Shown here: positions 48,624 through 59,773 of the stretch, in pieces
Layout: each line of letters opens with the position of its first letter
Numbering within the stretch: position 1 is the first letter of the stretch
Origin: Sphingomonadaceae bacterium
GTDB taxonomy: Bacteria > Pseudomonadota > Alphaproteobacteria > Sphingomonadales > Sphingomonadaceae
Assembly: GCA_050330935.1 (NCBI GenBank)
Contig: JBHJHL010000003.1
Location: 1-63,877 of the forward strand
Direction of reading: 5' to 3'
Length of the DNA stretch: 63,877 nt
Translations under genes and position numbers: made by a program
The notes under the pieces: model-generated
Database searches by the model: none
What the model was told of the DNA's origin: nothing
Seen by the model: only the letters and a program-made list of their open reading frames with translations

Positions 48624-50594
48624 ATGCCTCTGGAGGCGCATGGTTTGCGGCATATTAGGCAACAGGATATCGAGCCGGCGGGGCGGGTGGATTTCGCTCC
48701 TCCCGCGGCCCCTCCGCGCAGGCTCGCCAGCGCCGCCGCGCCCGTCTGGCTCGCCTTCGCGCTGCTTGGCCTCTACACGCTGGCGCTGCTGGCCGGAGAG
48801 CTGACGAGCTCGCAGGAGCATATCCGCCATTATTTCAGTGACATCGAGGGCGAGCGGCCCTTTTTCGCCGTCAACACGAGTCTCAGCGTGTTCCTCCTCG
48901 CCGGCGGCGCGCTGCTGCTCCTCTTTACTGGCCTCGTCGCTGCGCGCGAGCGGGCGGCGCGGCGTTTCTTCATCGCCCAGGCGGCGCTCCTCGCACTGTT
49001 CGCCGCCGACGACCGGTTCCAGCTTCACGAAAGCCTCGCCTGGCGGCTTGGCATCGGCGACCATTATATCCTGCTCGCCTGGGCCGTGGTCGAATTGTGG
49101 CTCATCCTCCTCTGGTGCCGGCGCGACTTCCTGACCCCGGCCGCGATCGGCTTCGCGCTTGCCGGCGGCGGCTTCTTCCTCCTCATGCTCGGCATCGACG
49201 CCTTCGCCGCCAGCGACGCGGCGATGCGTCTTTCGGTCGAGGATCTCGCCAAGAGCTGGGGCGCGGCGATGCTGTTCGCCGCTTCCTGGGAGCTGGCCCG
49301 CGCGCAGCTGCGCGAGCTGGCGCCGATCGACCCGGCCGCGCCCCCGGCCTCCTTCGTCCCGCGGCCGTCGGCGGCCCGCGCCGAGGCGGACGCAAAGCCG
49401 GTGCTGGTGCTCGGCGACGACTGTCAGGCCTTCCTCGCCATCGTGCGCTCGCTGGGGCGGCGGGGGCATGAGGTCCACGGCGCCGCGCCCGATCTCTCGG
49501 GGCCGGCATTCGCCTCGCGCTATCTTGCGGCGGTTCACGAGCTGCCGCCCTATCGCGGCGACGGCGGACGCTGGGCGGAGGCGATGGAGGCGCTGATCGC
49601 CGAATATGATTTCGGCCTCGTCGTCCCGTGCAGCGACGCCAGCCTCGCCGTGCTCGATCATCATGGCCGGCGTTTGGGACGCGATCGTCTCGCGCTCGCG
49701 CCGCGCGAGGCGCTCGCCATATTGAGCGACAAATGCCACACCCGCGAGCTCGCTCGCACGCTCGGCATTCCCCTCGCTCCGGGCCGGCTCGTTCGGCAAG
49801 GCGATGGCGCCGCCGGCCTCGTCGCAGAATTCGGTCTGCCGCTCGTTCTCAAGCCGTGCCGCTCCTATGCGCTCGGCAGCGCCAGGCAGAAGGAGCGGGC
49901 GCTGATCCTCCGTGACGAGGAAAGGCTTGGCGCGGCGCTTTCCGGGCTGGGCGGCCGGCGCCACATCGTCGAGGCGCATGTCGCCGGCACCGGCGTCGGA
50001 CTGTCGCTGCTCGCGCGTCGCGGCGAGATATTCTACGCTTATCAGCATCGCCGCCGCCGCCAGATCCGCGAGACCGGGCCGAGCTCGGTTCGGGTGAGCG
50101 AGGCGCCCGATCAGCGGCTGTTCGCGGAAGCGGCGAAGATCGCCCGCGCGACCGGCTTGCACGGGGTCGCGATGTGCGAGTTCCTCGAGCGCGCGGACGG
50201 CAGTCATCTGCTGCTCGAGGTCAATCCTCGCCCCTGGGGATCGCTGCCGCTGGCGCTCGCCGCGGGCGCGGACTTTCCGGCGATGCTGCACGATTTGCTG
50301 GTCGCGGACCGCACCGCCGCCGGCCGCTATCGCCCTGGCCTGTGCCGCCGCGATCTGGGTGCCGAATATATCCGCCTCGTCAACGCCTTCGAGCGGGGAG
50401 GGGGCTGGCCGGTGCGGGCCAGGGCGGCGCGGGAGGCGGCGGAGCTCGCGCTCGATCTTCTCTTCGGCCGGCAGTGCGACAGCTGGGCCGAGGACGACCC
50501 CGGTCCCTGGCACGTCGAGCGGCGGCGGATTTTCCTCGCCCTGGGGGAAGGCGCGGCACGGCGGCTGGGGCTGGAGAAGGGGAGCGCGCGATGA
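48624..50594 (+). CDS. Multi-TM domain fused to an ATP-grasp carboxylate-amine ligase
   Basis: About 6 TMs, then VRSLGR.G, DK..TRELA..LGIP, LVLKP, LLEVNPRPWGS. Confidence 0.8.
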   Translation: MPLEAHGLRHIRQQDIEPAGRVDFAPPAAPPRRLASAAAPVWLAFALLGLYTLALLAGELTSSQEHIRHYFSDIEGERPFFAVNTSLSVFLLAGGALLLLFTGLVAARERAARRFFIAQAALLALFAADDRFQLHESLAWRLGIGDHYILLAWAVVELWLILLWCRRDFLTPAAIGFALAGGGFFLLMLGIDAFAASDAAMRLSVEDLAKSWGAAMLFAASWELARAQLRELAPIDPAAPPASFVPRPSAARAEADAKPVLVLGDDCQAFLAIVRSLGRRGHEVHGAAPDLSGPAFASRYLAAVHELPPYRGDGGRWAEAMEALIAEYDFGLVVPCSDASLAVLDHHGRRLGRDRLALAPREALAILSDKCHTRELARTLGIPLAPGRLVRQGDGAAGLVAEFGLPLVLKPCRSYALGSARQKERALILRDEERLGAALSGLGGRRHIVEAHVAGTGVGLSLLARRGEIFYAYQHRRRRQIRETGPSSVRVSEAPDQRLFAEAAKIARATGLHGVAMCEFLERADGSHLLLEVNPRPWGSLPLALAAGADFPAMLHDLLVADRTAAGRYRPGLCRRDLGAEYIRLVNAFERGGGWPVRARAAREAAELALDLLFGRQCDSWAEDDPGPWHVERRRIFLALGEGAARRLGLEKGSAR

Positions 50595-52084
50595 CGCTCG
50601 CCGGATCGATGCCCGTCTATCGCGGCGCCTTCTTCGCCGTGGCGATGCAATGGTCGGTGCGGGTGATCGGGCTCGTTTCGGTTGTGATCCTCGCCCGGCT
50701 GCTCGATCCCAGCGATTTCGGCATCGTCGCGCTTGCCTCGAGCGCGATGGCGCTGGTCGAGCTGCTCGGCCTCGTCGGGCTGCGCCAGGCGCTGCTCAGG
50801 CTCCGCGAGCCCGAGCGCGCCCATTACGATACCGCCTGGACGATCCAGCTGCTGCTCGCCGTCGGCATGACGCTTGGCGCTCTCCTGATCGTCGCGCCGG
50901 TGGCGGCGCGGCTTTACGATCTGCCGGGCCTCTATGCGGTGATCATGGTGCTCGGCACCCGCTTCATATTCTTCGGCCTGGTCAATATCGGCGTCGTCGA
51001 TTTCGAGCGTCACCTTCAGTTCGGCCGCGATCTCAAGATGCGCGTCGGCGCGCGCTTCGTCGCCTTCCTGGCGACTATCGCCGCGGCGTTCATGCTGCGC
51101 AGCTATTGGGCCCTCGTCATCGGCCTCATGGCCTATCCGATGATGCTCGCGCTCGCCTCCTTCATCGTCCATCCCTATCGCCCGCGCCTCTCGCTCGCGC
51201 GGCGCGGCGAGCTGCTCGGCATATCGCTGTGGATACTCGTCAGCGGCACCGCCCAGACCGTGCAGCAGCAGGTCGAGCGGCTGGTGATCGGCCGCTTCGC
51301 GCTGCCCTTCGTCGTCGGCCTCTATTCGGTGTCGAAGGATCTCGCCTCGATCTTCACCGAGGAGATTTCGACCGCCCTGAACCGCGTCACCTTCGTCACC
51401 GTGGCGCGGCGCGATGCACCGCTCAGCGAGCGTTCCGACGAGGTCGGTCGCGTGCTCGGCGCCTATGCGATGATCGCCGCGCCGCTCGGCATCGGCCTGT
51501 CGGCGGTGGCGCCGCAGGCGATTCCGGTGCTGCTCGGCGCCAAATGGATCGAGGCCGCGCCCTATCTCCAGGTCATCGCCGTCTATTCGGGCCTCTATGC
51601 GGTCTACAAGGCGATCTCCTCGATCCTTCAGGCGTCGGGCATGGCCCCCAGGGCGGCGCTGCTTTCGGCAGCGGGGGCGCTCGCCACCATCGCCGCGGTG
51701 GTGGGCGCCGCGCTCGTCTGGTCCGAGGCGCTGCCCATCGCCTGGGCGGCGCTCGCCGCGCACGCTGTCATGCTGGTCGCCGGGATCGGCCTGCTCGCCC
51801 ATGTCGCGCGGGGCGGCTTCGCCGCCTTCGCGGTCCCCGTCGTGCGGCCGTTTCTCGCCGCGCTGCTGATGGCGCAGGGGATCGCCGCAATCGGGCTCGA
51901 CAGCGGCTCGCCGTTCATCGATCTCGCCGCCAATGTCGCCCTGGGCGGGGCCCTCTACCTCGCCGCGATCTGGCTCATCTGGTCCGTCTCGCGCCGGCCC
52001 GAGGGAGCGGAGAGCGAATTCTTCTCCTTGCTCGCGCTCGTCCGGCGCGGCCTGCCCGAAAGGCTGCGCGCCGCGCGGCGCTGA
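50591..52084 (+). CDS. Wzx-type oligosaccharide flippase
   Basis: ILARLLDPSDFG, VGLYS, LLG.KW; many TMs; ATGA overlap with the upstream gene. Confidence 0.88.
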   Translation: MTLAGSMPVYRGAFFAVAMQWSVRVIGLVSVVILARLLDPSDFGIVALASSAMALVELLGLVGLRQALLRLREPERAHYDTAWTIQLLLAVGMTLGALLIVAPVAARLYDLPGLYAVIMVLGTRFIFFGLVNIGVVDFERHLQFGRDLKMRVGARFVAFLATIAAAFMLRSYWALVIGLMAYPMMLALASFIVHPYRPRLSLARRGELLGISLWILVSGTAQTVQQQVERLVIGRFALPFVVGLYSVSKDLASIFTEEISTALNRVTFVTVARRDAPLSERSDEVGRVLGAYAMIAAPLGIGLSAVAPQAIPVLLGAKWIEAAPYLQVIAVYSGLYAVYKAISSILQASGMAPRAALLSAAGALATIAAVVGAALVWSEALPIAWAALAAHAVMLVAGIGLLAHVARGGFAAFAVPVVRPFLAALLMAQGIAAIGLDSGSPFIDLAANVALGGALYLAAIWLIWSVSRRPEGAESEFFSLLALVRRGLPERLRAARR

Positions 52085-52159
52085 GCGGGAGCAGGTGCCC
52101 GAACTGGCCAAAGGCGCGCCCAGCCCTTATCTTTGCCATTCGCGCAAAGGGGAGCCTTC

Positions 52160-52843
52160 ATGCTCGACGGCCTCACAGCCTATCTCGATTCGGTAAAGGC
52201 GCGCGATCCCGCCGCGCGCTCGCGCTGGGAGGTGCTGCTCTATCCCGGCGTGCTGGCGCTGGGCCTGCATCGTCTCGGCCACTGGTTCTACAATGGAGGG
52301 CTGTTCTTCATCGCCCGCATGGTCAATCATTTCGCCCGCTTCCTGACCGCGATCGATATCCATCCCGGCGCCCGTATCGGCCGCAACTTCTTTCTCGATC
52401 ACGGCTTTTCGGTGATCGGCGAGACCGCAGAGATCGGCGATGACGTCACCATCTATCAGAATGTCACCCTGGGCGGCACCAACCCCGCCAACGGCATCGG
52501 CGGCAAGCGCCATCCGACGATCGGGGACGAGGTCATCATCGGCTCGGGCGCGCAGGTGCTGGGACCGATCACCGTCGGCAGGCGGGCGCGGATCGGTGCC
52601 AATGCGGTGGTCACCCGGGACGTCCCCGAAGGGGCGACGATGATCGGCATTCCCGCCCGCGCGGCGATGGTCGAGGGCGGCGGCAAGACCAGGCGGTTCA
52701 TGCCCTATGGCACGCCTTGCGCCGATATGTTCGATCCGGCTACCCAGAAGCTCGAGATACTGAAATGCGAGGTGGAGCAGTTGCAAAGACGCATCGCCGA
52801 GCTCGAGGCCGAGCAGGATTCGGCGGAGCGCGACCGGGCTTGA
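52160..52843 (+). CDS. cysE: Serine O-acetyltransferase
   Basis: RDPAARS, IDIHPGA.IG, VTLGGT, KRHPT. Confidence 0.93.
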   Translation: MLDGLTAYLDSVKARDPAARSRWEVLLYPGVLALGLHRLGHWFYNGGLFFIARMVNHFARFLTAIDIHPGARIGRNFFLDHGFSVIGETAEIGDDVTIYQNVTLGGTNPANGIGGKRHPTIGDEVIIGSGAQVLGPITVGRRARIGANAVVTRDVPEGATMIGIPARAAMVEGGGKTRRFMPYGTPCADMFDPATQKLEILKCEVEQLQRRIAELEAEQDSAERDRA

Positions 52844-53199
52844 GCGCTACCGTCACCTCATTCGCGAAAGGCTGGATGCCCGCCCAGGTCGTCTTCGACC
52901 GGGCGGAGCTGTCGCGCATCGTCGATCTGTATGGCCGCATGGTCGCCGCCGGCCACTGGCGCGACTATGCCATCGAGCTGGAGCGCGAGGCGGCGAGCTT
53001 CCATGCCTTTCGCCGTGCCTCCGAACGGCCCGAATATCGCATCGAAAAGCGTCCCGCCCTGCGCCACCGTCAGGGCATATGGGCGCTGATCGGCGAGCAC
53101 GGCATGGTGCTCAAGCGCGGCCAGGAGCTTGGGGCCGTGCTCGCTCCCGTCGAGCGGCGGCTCATGAAGCTGGTTGCGGGCTCATCGTCCGGTCGATGA
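52840..53199 (+). CDS. DUF2794 family protein
   Basis: FDR.EL..I..LYGRMVAAG.WRDYAI, LKRG.EL..VL. Confidence 0.85.
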   Translation: MSATVTSFAKGWMPAQVVFDRAELSRIVDLYGRMVAAGHWRDYAIELEREAASFHAFRRASERPEYRIEKRPALRHRQGIWALIGEHGMVLKRGQELGAVLAPVERRLMKLVAGSSSGR

Positions 53200-54256
53200 C
53201 CGGCAGTTTCGCGCGCAGGGTCCCGGGCAGCCGCGCCACCACCGAACGCCGGGAATCGTGCCAGAAGGCGGAAAGCAAGAGCAGCGCCGAGCCGATGACG
53301 AGCGCGGTGAGCGCGAAGGAAAGCTCCACCGCGCCGGCCTCGATGAACAGCTGGCGAATCGCGAACAGCACATAGGCGAGCGCCGAGACGAGCAGCGCGC
53401 GCCGGTCGATGGCGAGCGCGGCGAGCCCCATAAGCAGATAGACGATGATCACCAGCCCGCCTTCGAGCGCGCTGACCTCGCCGTCGAGCGTCCCCAGCGT
53501 CTTGAATATTGGATGGACGATGAGCGGCGCGGCGAGCAGGTGGAGCCAGAAGGCGACGTCTGATCGGCGGGTGACGCGCGCCGGATCGGAGCCGTCCCAC
53601 CACATGGCGAAGGCGAACACCGCGAGCCCGGCGATGAAGGCGAGCGCGAGCATGATGTCCCCGAGCGCGGGCAGGTCTCCCACCGCGGCGCCGACGAGGC
53701 CGAGAATGACAGCCACCGCCGCTGCGGCCCCGGCGGCGATGGTGATCGGCACCATGAAGCGCTTCCAGTGCAGCCAGGCGCCGATCATCGCGGCGAGCGC
53801 CGAGGCCGAGCCGGCGAGCGCGATCACCGGCGTCTCGTCGGGGCCGATATAGGCTTCGGGGATGATGAGCGCGGCGAGCCCCAGCGCGGCGAAAAATACC
53901 CCGCAGACGAAGGCGAGCAGCAGGATTATGCTCGGCAGCGCCATGCGCCGCTTCCTGGTGAAGAATTCGGCCAGTCCCCACGCGGCCGCGGCGACGAACA
54001 GGCCGGTGAAGGGCGAGGGCGCGCCGAGGTCGGCGGTGGGGCCGACCGCCTGGCCGATCCAGCCTACGGCGACGAGCAGGATCACCGTCGCGATCGCGAC
54101 GAAAATGTCGTTGAAGCCGGTCAGAAGCCGGAAATGCTCCTCATCGACGGTCGGGGTCTCGCGCCTTTGGGCGACGAAGCTGCGAAGGCCCGCCGCCGCT
54201 TCGGGTTTCAAGGCGCCGGCGGCGACCGCCGCGTCGATTTCCGCTTCGCTGTACAT
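53162..54256 (-). CDS. Conserved hypothetical membrane protein
   Basis: DEE.FRL.TGFNDIF, SDVAFWLHLLAAP; about 10 TMs. Confidence 0.8.
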   Translation of the reverse strand: MYSEAEIDAAVAAGALKPEAAAGLRSFVAQRRETPTVDEEHFRLLTGFNDIFVAIATVILLVAVGWIGQAVGPTADLGAPSPFTGLFVAAAAWGLAEFFTRKRRMALPSIILLLAFVCGVFFAALGLAALIIPEAYIGPDETPVIALAGSASALAAMIGAWLHWKRFMVPITIAAGAAAAVAVILGLVGAAVGDLPALGDIMLALAFIAGLAVFAFAMWWDGSDPARVTRRSDVAFWLHLLAAPLIVHPIFKTLGTLDGEVSALEGGLVIIVYLLMGLAALAIDRRALLVSALAYVLFAIRQLFIEAGAVELSFALTALVIGSALLLLSAFWHDSRRSVVARLPGTLRAKLPVIDRTMSPQPAS

Positions 54257-54296
54257 TTAAGGGAATCTCCCGCGATTCGAAGGCGGTATAGCCAAG

Positions 54297-54318
54297 CTGT
54301 CTTAGTGAAGCAATACAG
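54297..54318. promoter_or_regulatory. Palindromic operator (YtrA/GntR-like)
   Basis: CTGTCTT-N8-AATACAG. Confidence 0.45.
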
Positions 54319-54334
54319 CGGCAGCCGGCGAAGG

Positions 54335-54372
54335 AAAAAGGCCCGCATGGAACGCGCCATGCAGGCCTTTTT
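54335..54372. terminator. Intrinsic terminator
   Basis: AAAAAGGCCCGCATGG-AACGCG-CCATGCAGGCCTTTTT. Confidence 0.8.
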
Positions 54373-54407
54373 CAGGCGCTTGCGAAATTACGCTCCCGTC
54401 AGCGCGT

Positions 54408-54692
54408 TCACCCGCGCGGGCGCACGCCGCGCTCATAGGTCTGCACGCAGCGGTCGGCATTGGCGCGGTCCGCGCTGCAGGGCGGATATTCGGCCGGCAT
54501 CTGTGCCGGGGCCGGCGGATAGGCATTGATGCCCTGGTTGAAGCCCGGCGGGGTATAAGGCTGGCCGTCGGGGGTGTTGCCCAGCTGGGTGACGCCGTCG
54601 CCTGGCGGCACGCCCGGCGCATTGGGATCGGTGCCCTGGGCAAGCGCGGCGCTTCCCATCGAAAGCGCGGCGGCGATCAGCAGAATTCTCAT
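54408..54692 (-). CDS. Small secreted Pro-rich protein with C-terminal Cys pair
   Basis: Signal peptide ..AALAQ, YPPCS...DRCVQ.YE; GAGGAGG RBS. Confidence 0.75.
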   Translation of the reverse strand: MRILLIAAALSMGSAALAQGTDPNAPGVPPGDGVTQLGNTPDGQPYTPPGFNQGINAYPPAPAQMPAEYPPCSADRANADRCVQTYERGVRPRG

Positions 54693-54802
54693 TTCGGCCT
54701 CCTCATAATCTTGTGCTTCCGGCTTTTTCCAAGCGGCCGGATGTCGGATTAACGGGAAAGCAACGATTTGTTTCCGCATTCGCTCCCGCCGGCATGCGGC
54801 AG

Positions 54803-55501
54803 TCAGGCCTGGCCTTCGGCGTCGAGCGCGTAGCCGGCGGAGCGCACGGTGCGGATGATGTCGGCGCGGCCGCCTTGGTTGATCGCCTTGCGCAGGCGGC
54901 GGATATGCACGTCGACGGTGCGCGGCTCGATATAGCTGTCATGTCCCCATACCGAATCGAGCAGCCGCTCGCGCGAGAAGACGCGGCCCGGATGTTCGAG
55001 GAAATGCCTCAGCAGGCGGAATTCGGTGGGGCCGAGCGCGATCTGCTGGCCGCCCCGTCTCACCTTGTGGCTGACGATGTCCATCTCGATATCGGCATAG
55101 GAGAGCTGTTCGCCGGCGAGCGCCGGCCGCACCCGCCGCAACACCGCGCCGACGCGGGCGACGAGCTCGCGTGGGGAGAAGGGCTTGGTGACATAATCGT
55201 CGGCTCCGGTCTCGAGCCCTCGCACCCGGTCCGCCTCCTCGCCGCGCGCGGTGAGCATGATGATGGGGACGTTGGCGGTGTCTGGGATGCGCCTCAGGCG
55301 CCTGCAGACCTCGATCCCCGACAGCCCCTCTATCATCCAGTCGAGAAGCACGAGGTCGGGCGGGCTTTCCTGGGCGAGCAGCATCGCCTCCTCGCCGTCG
55401 GCGGTGTGCTGGACCTCGAATTCCTCCCGCTGGAAATTGTAGATCAGAAGCTCGGCGAGCGCGCTGTCGTCCTCGACGAGAAGAATCCTCCCCTTACCCA
55501 T
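54803..55501 (-). CDS. phoB: Phosphate regulon response regulator
   Basis: LLDWM, GADDYVTKPFS, RTVDVHIRRLRK. Confidence 0.96.
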   Translation of the reverse strand: MGKGRILLVEDDSALAELLIYNFQREEFEVQHTADGEEAMLLAQESPPDLVLLDWMIEGLSGIEVCRRLRRIPDTANVPIIMLTARGEEADRVRGLETGADDYVTKPFSPRELVARVGAVLRRVRPALAGEQLSYADIEMDIVSHKVRRGGQQIALGPTEFRLLRHFLEHPGRVFSRERLLDSVWGHDSYIEPRTVDVHIRRLRKAINQGGRADIIRTVRSAGYALDAEGQA

Positions 55502-56216
55502 CGTCGGCGCCCTCCTCGGTGAGGAAGGCGGGGTCCTCGCCGCGCCGGCGTTCGGGCAGAAACTCGCCGGTGGCGGCGAAATGGACCATCTCGGCGAGAT
55601 TCGTCGCTTGGTCGCCGATACGCTCAAGATTCTTGGCGATGAACAGAAGATGGGTGGCCGGGGTGATGTTGTGGGGATTTTCCATCATGAAGGTCAAAAG
55701 GGTGCGGAAGATGCTGTTGTAGAAGTCGTCGACCGCCTGGTCGCGGTCGCTGACGTCGAGCGCCTTCTTGGCGTCGCGCGCGGCGAAGGCGTCGAGCACG
55801 TTGTGCACCATCTCGCCGGCGATGCGCGCCATTTCGGGGAGTAGCGCCAGGGGCTCGACCTGATAGATGTCCTCGAGCACATGCACCCGCTTGGCGATGT
55901 TCTTGGCATGGTCGCCGATGCGCTCGACGACGGCCGAAATCTTGAGCGCCGCGACCACGTCGCGCAGATCGTCGGCCATCGGCGCGCGCAGCGCGATAAG
56001 CTGGATGGCGCTTTTCTCGACTTCGCTTTCGAGCGCGTCGATCTTCTTGTCGTTCTCGACCACCCGGATCGCGGCCGCGACGTCGCGCTGCATCAGCGCC
56101 CGCATCGATTCGCCGATCGCGTCCTCTACGAGGCCGCCCATCTCGCAGATTGTGGCGCGCAGCTCGTCGAGATCCTCGTCGAATGCCTTGACGGTATGGG
56201 CGCTGGGCTGTGCCAT
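55494..56216 (-). CDS. phoU: Phosphate signalling protein PhoU
   Basis: P.ADDLR, ERIGDHAKNIA, LERIGD.ATN.AE. Confidence 0.96.
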   Translation of the reverse strand: MAQPSAHTVKAFDEDLDELRATICEMGGLVEDAIGESMRALMQRDVAAAIRVVENDKKIDALESEVEKSAIQLIALRAPMADDLRDVVAALKISAVVERIGDHAKNIAKRVHVLEDIYQVEPLALLPEMARIAGEMVHNVLDAFAARDAKKALDVSDRDQAVDDFYNSIFRTLLTFMMENPHNITPATHLLFIAKNLERIGDQATNLAEMVHFAATGEFLPERRRGEDPAFLTEEGADDG

Positions 56217-56229
56217 TCTTCTGCTCCGA

Positions 56230-57042
<813 letters not shown>

Positions 57043-57049
57043 CGAGGAT

Positions 57050-58327
57050 CTACCAGCGCCTTTCGAACTTGTTGCGCAAAAAGATCGCCAGCCCGTTCAT
57101 CGTGAGCAGGAAGACGAGAAGCACGATAATGGCCGCAGAAGTCATTTCGATAAAGCCCTGGCTGACCTCGTCCGACCACAGGAAGATCTGCACCGGCAGC
57201 ACGGTAGCGGGATCGGTGAAGCCGCCGGGCGGCGTGGCGACGAAGGCGCGCATGCCGATCATCAGCAGTGGCGCCGTCTCGCCGAGCGCGCGCGCCATGC
57301 CGATAATGGTGCCGGTGAGGATGCCGGGGAGCGCCAGCGGCAGCACATGGTGGAAGACGACTTGCACCGAGGAGGCGCCGATGCCCAGGGCCGCGTCGCG
57401 GATCGAGGGCGGCACCGCCTTGATCGCGTTGCGCCCCGCGATGACGATCACCGGCATCGTCATCAGGGCCAGCGTGAGGCCACCCACCAGCGGCGCCGAG
57501 CGCGGCAGATGCATCAGGTTCAGGAATACCGCGAGCCCCAGCAGCCCAAAGATGATCGAGGGGACCGCGGCAAGATTGTTGATCGACACCTCGATGAGGT
57601 CGGTCCAGCGGTTGCGCGGTGCATATTCCTCCAGATAGACGGCCGATAGCACGCCGATGGGAAAGGCGATGGTGAGCGTCACGATCATCGTCAGCAACGA
57701 GCCCTTGAGCGCCCCCCAGATGCCGACTGCGGTCGGATCGGTGGCGTCGGAACCGGTGAGGAAGCCTCGGTTGAAGCTGGAGCGGAGCGCGCCCGCGCCC
57801 GACAGCTCGGCCCGGATGTCCTCGAATCCGGTCGCCCGCTCGCCCCGCCCGGCGAGCGCGAGCTCGACCGAGGCAGGAACCCAGATTTCGGCGCTGCGGC
57901 CGAGCAACGCCGGGTCGTCGCGTATTGCCTCGCGCAGCGATATCCAGGCTCCCTCCGAAATCAGCTGTGGGCCGCCTTCGCCATAGGTTGCGGTCGCCGC
58001 CTGCGATGCGATCGATTCGAAATCGGTGCCGGCGAGCAGCCGCTCGTCCTCGCCCTGGCCGAGCGCCGCGGGATCGACAAAGATCGGGGCGCGGGAGAAA
58101 TCGACCTCGAGTTTGATCTCGGTCTGGGTGAAGCCGCGCAACCCGTTGGCGAGCATGGTGAAGAGAAGGAAGGCGAGGAAGAGGGCGGAGAGCGCGATCG
58201 CGGCGAGGCCGAGATAACGGAACAGCCGCTCGTTGGCATAGCGGCGCTTCAGGCGCTTCTTCATCGCCTCGCCGCGCCAGTCCGTCGGGGTGCGCCGCCC
58301 GGGATCGGAGGATGCCGTTTCACTCAT
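57050..58327 (-). CDS. pstA: Phosphate ABC permease
   Basis: [26 protein letters not shown]. Confidence 0.95.
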   Translation of the reverse strand: MSETASSDPGRRTPTDWRGEAMKKRLKRRYANERLFRYLGLAAIALSALFLAFLLFTMLANGLRGFTQTEIKLEVDFSRAPIFVDPAALGQGEDERLLAGTDFESIASQAATATYGEGGPQLISEGAWISLREAIRDDPALLGRSAEIWVPASVELALAGRGERATGFEDIRAELSGAGALRSSFNRGFLTGSDATDPTAVGIWGALKGSLLTMIVTLTIAFPIGVLSAVYLEEYAPRNRWTDLIEVSINNLAAVPSIIFGLLGLAVFLNLMHLPRSAPLVGGLTLALMTMPVIVIAGRNAIKAVPPSIRDAALGIGASSVQVVFHHVLPLALPGILTGTIIGMARALGETAPLLMIGMRAFVATPPGGFTDPATVLPVQIFLWSDEVSQGFIEMTSAAIIVLLVFLLTMNGLAIFLRNKFERRW

Positions 58328-59705
58328 AGACTTCGCGATACTTCTTGACCACGCGCAGCGCGATCACGTTGAGCAGGAGGGTGATGACGAACAGCACGAG
58401 GCCGAGCGCGAAGGCGGCGAGGGTCTTGGCGCTGTCGAATTCCTGATCGCCGGTCAGCAGCTGCACGATCTGGGTGGTGACCGTGGTGACGCTGGCGAAG
58501 GGATTGGCGGTGAGGCTGGCGGCGAGCCCCGCGGCCATGACGACGATCATAGTCTCGCCGATGGCGCGGCTGACGGCGAGCAATATGCCGCCGATGACGC
58601 CGGGAAGCGCGGCTGGCACGAGCACCTTGCGGATCGTCTCGGAGGTGGTCGCCCCCATCGCCAGCGATCCATCGCGCATCGAACTCGGCACCGCGGCCAG
58701 CGAATCGTCGGCCATCGAGGAGACGAAGGGGATGATCATCACCCCCATCACCGCGCCGGCGGCCAGCGCCGATTCCGACGAAGCGTTGGGAATGCCGATC
58801 GACACGGCGAAATCGCGCACCGCCGGAGCGACGGTAAGCGCCGCGAAATAGCCGTAGACGACGGTCGGCACGCCGGCGAGGATCTCGAGCAGTGGCTTCA
58901 TCCAGGCACGCAGTCGCGACGGGGCATATTGGGTGAGATAGATGGCGCTCATGAGGCCGAGCGGAATGGCGACGATCATCGCGATGATCGCGCCTATGAA
59001 CACGGTTCCCCAGAACAGGGGTACTGCGCCGAAGGCACCGGTCGACCCCACCTGTTCGGCGCGGATCGCGGTCTGCGGGCTCCATTCGAGTCCGGTGAGG
59101 AACTCGACCGGAGAGATCCGGCTGAAGAAACGCAACGATTCGAACAGCAGTGACGCGACGATGCCGATCGTCGTCAGGATCGCGATCAGCGAGGCGAGGA
59201 GCAGCAGCAGCATCACCGCCCGCTCGACCTTCGAACGGGCGCGAAAGCCGGGACGGATGCGCTGGAAGGCGTATGCGGCCCCGGCGAAGGCGATGAGCAG
59301 CGCCGCGCCCGCCGCGATCCAGTGATAGCGGTCGATCGCCTCGGCATAGATGGGGGCGAGCCGCTCGGCGAGGGGATTGAAGGCTGCTTCGGCCTCGCCG
59401 TTCACCAGCGCGCGTATTTCCGAAAGCACGGCGCTGCGTTCGAAGCTCCCCTCGGGCAGCGCCGCCGCTTGGGGATGGGAGAGCAGGGTCTGGGTGGCGA
59501 GCAGCGGCGCCGCGTAACTCCAGCCGATGAGGAATATGAGTGCCGGGACTACCGTCCACAGCGCCACATACCAGCCGTGAAATGAAGGAAGGGAATGCGC
59601 CCGCGCGTCGCTCGCGGAAAACCGCGCCGTCGCCCGTGCCCTCGCGCTCAGCCAGGCGACCCCCCCGAGGCCGAAGATGACGAAGAACAGCGCGAAGATC
59701 GACAC
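58320..59705 (-). CDS. pstC: Phosphate ABC permease
   Basis: EILAGVPTVVYG, SRAIGETMIV. Confidence 0.95.
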   Translation of the reverse strand: MSIFALFFVIFGLGGVAWLSARARATARFSASDARAHSLPSFHGWYVALWTVVPALIFLIGWSYAAPLLATQTLLSHPQAAALPEGSFERSAVLSEIRALVNGEAEAAFNPLAERLAPIYAEAIDRYHWIAAGAALLIAFAGAAYAFQRIRPGFRARSKVERAVMLLLLLASLIAILTTIGIVASLLFESLRFFSRISPVEFLTGLEWSPQTAIRAEQVGSTGAFGAVPLFWGTVFIGAIIAMIVAIPLGLMSAIYLTQYAPSRLRAWMKPLLEILAGVPTVVYGYFAALTVAPAVRDFAVSIGIPNASSESALAAGAVMGVMIIPFVSSMADDSLAAVPSSMRDGSLAMGATTSETIRKVLVPAALPGVIGGILLAVSRAIGETMIVVMAAGLAASLTANPFASVTTVTTQIVQLLTGDQEFDSAKTLAAFALGLVLFVITLLLNVIALRVVKKYREVYE

Positions 59706-59773
59706 GACCGGCGTTCACCCCCTTAGTTGCCGAACCGGCGGCGTTGTCGCCAAACGCCGCCGCCCCTTGTCAC

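Noticed and set aside
47778-50513. 911-aa minus-strand ORF
   Set aside because: Antisense to ahpC, ahpD and the ATP-grasp gene; no domain signature
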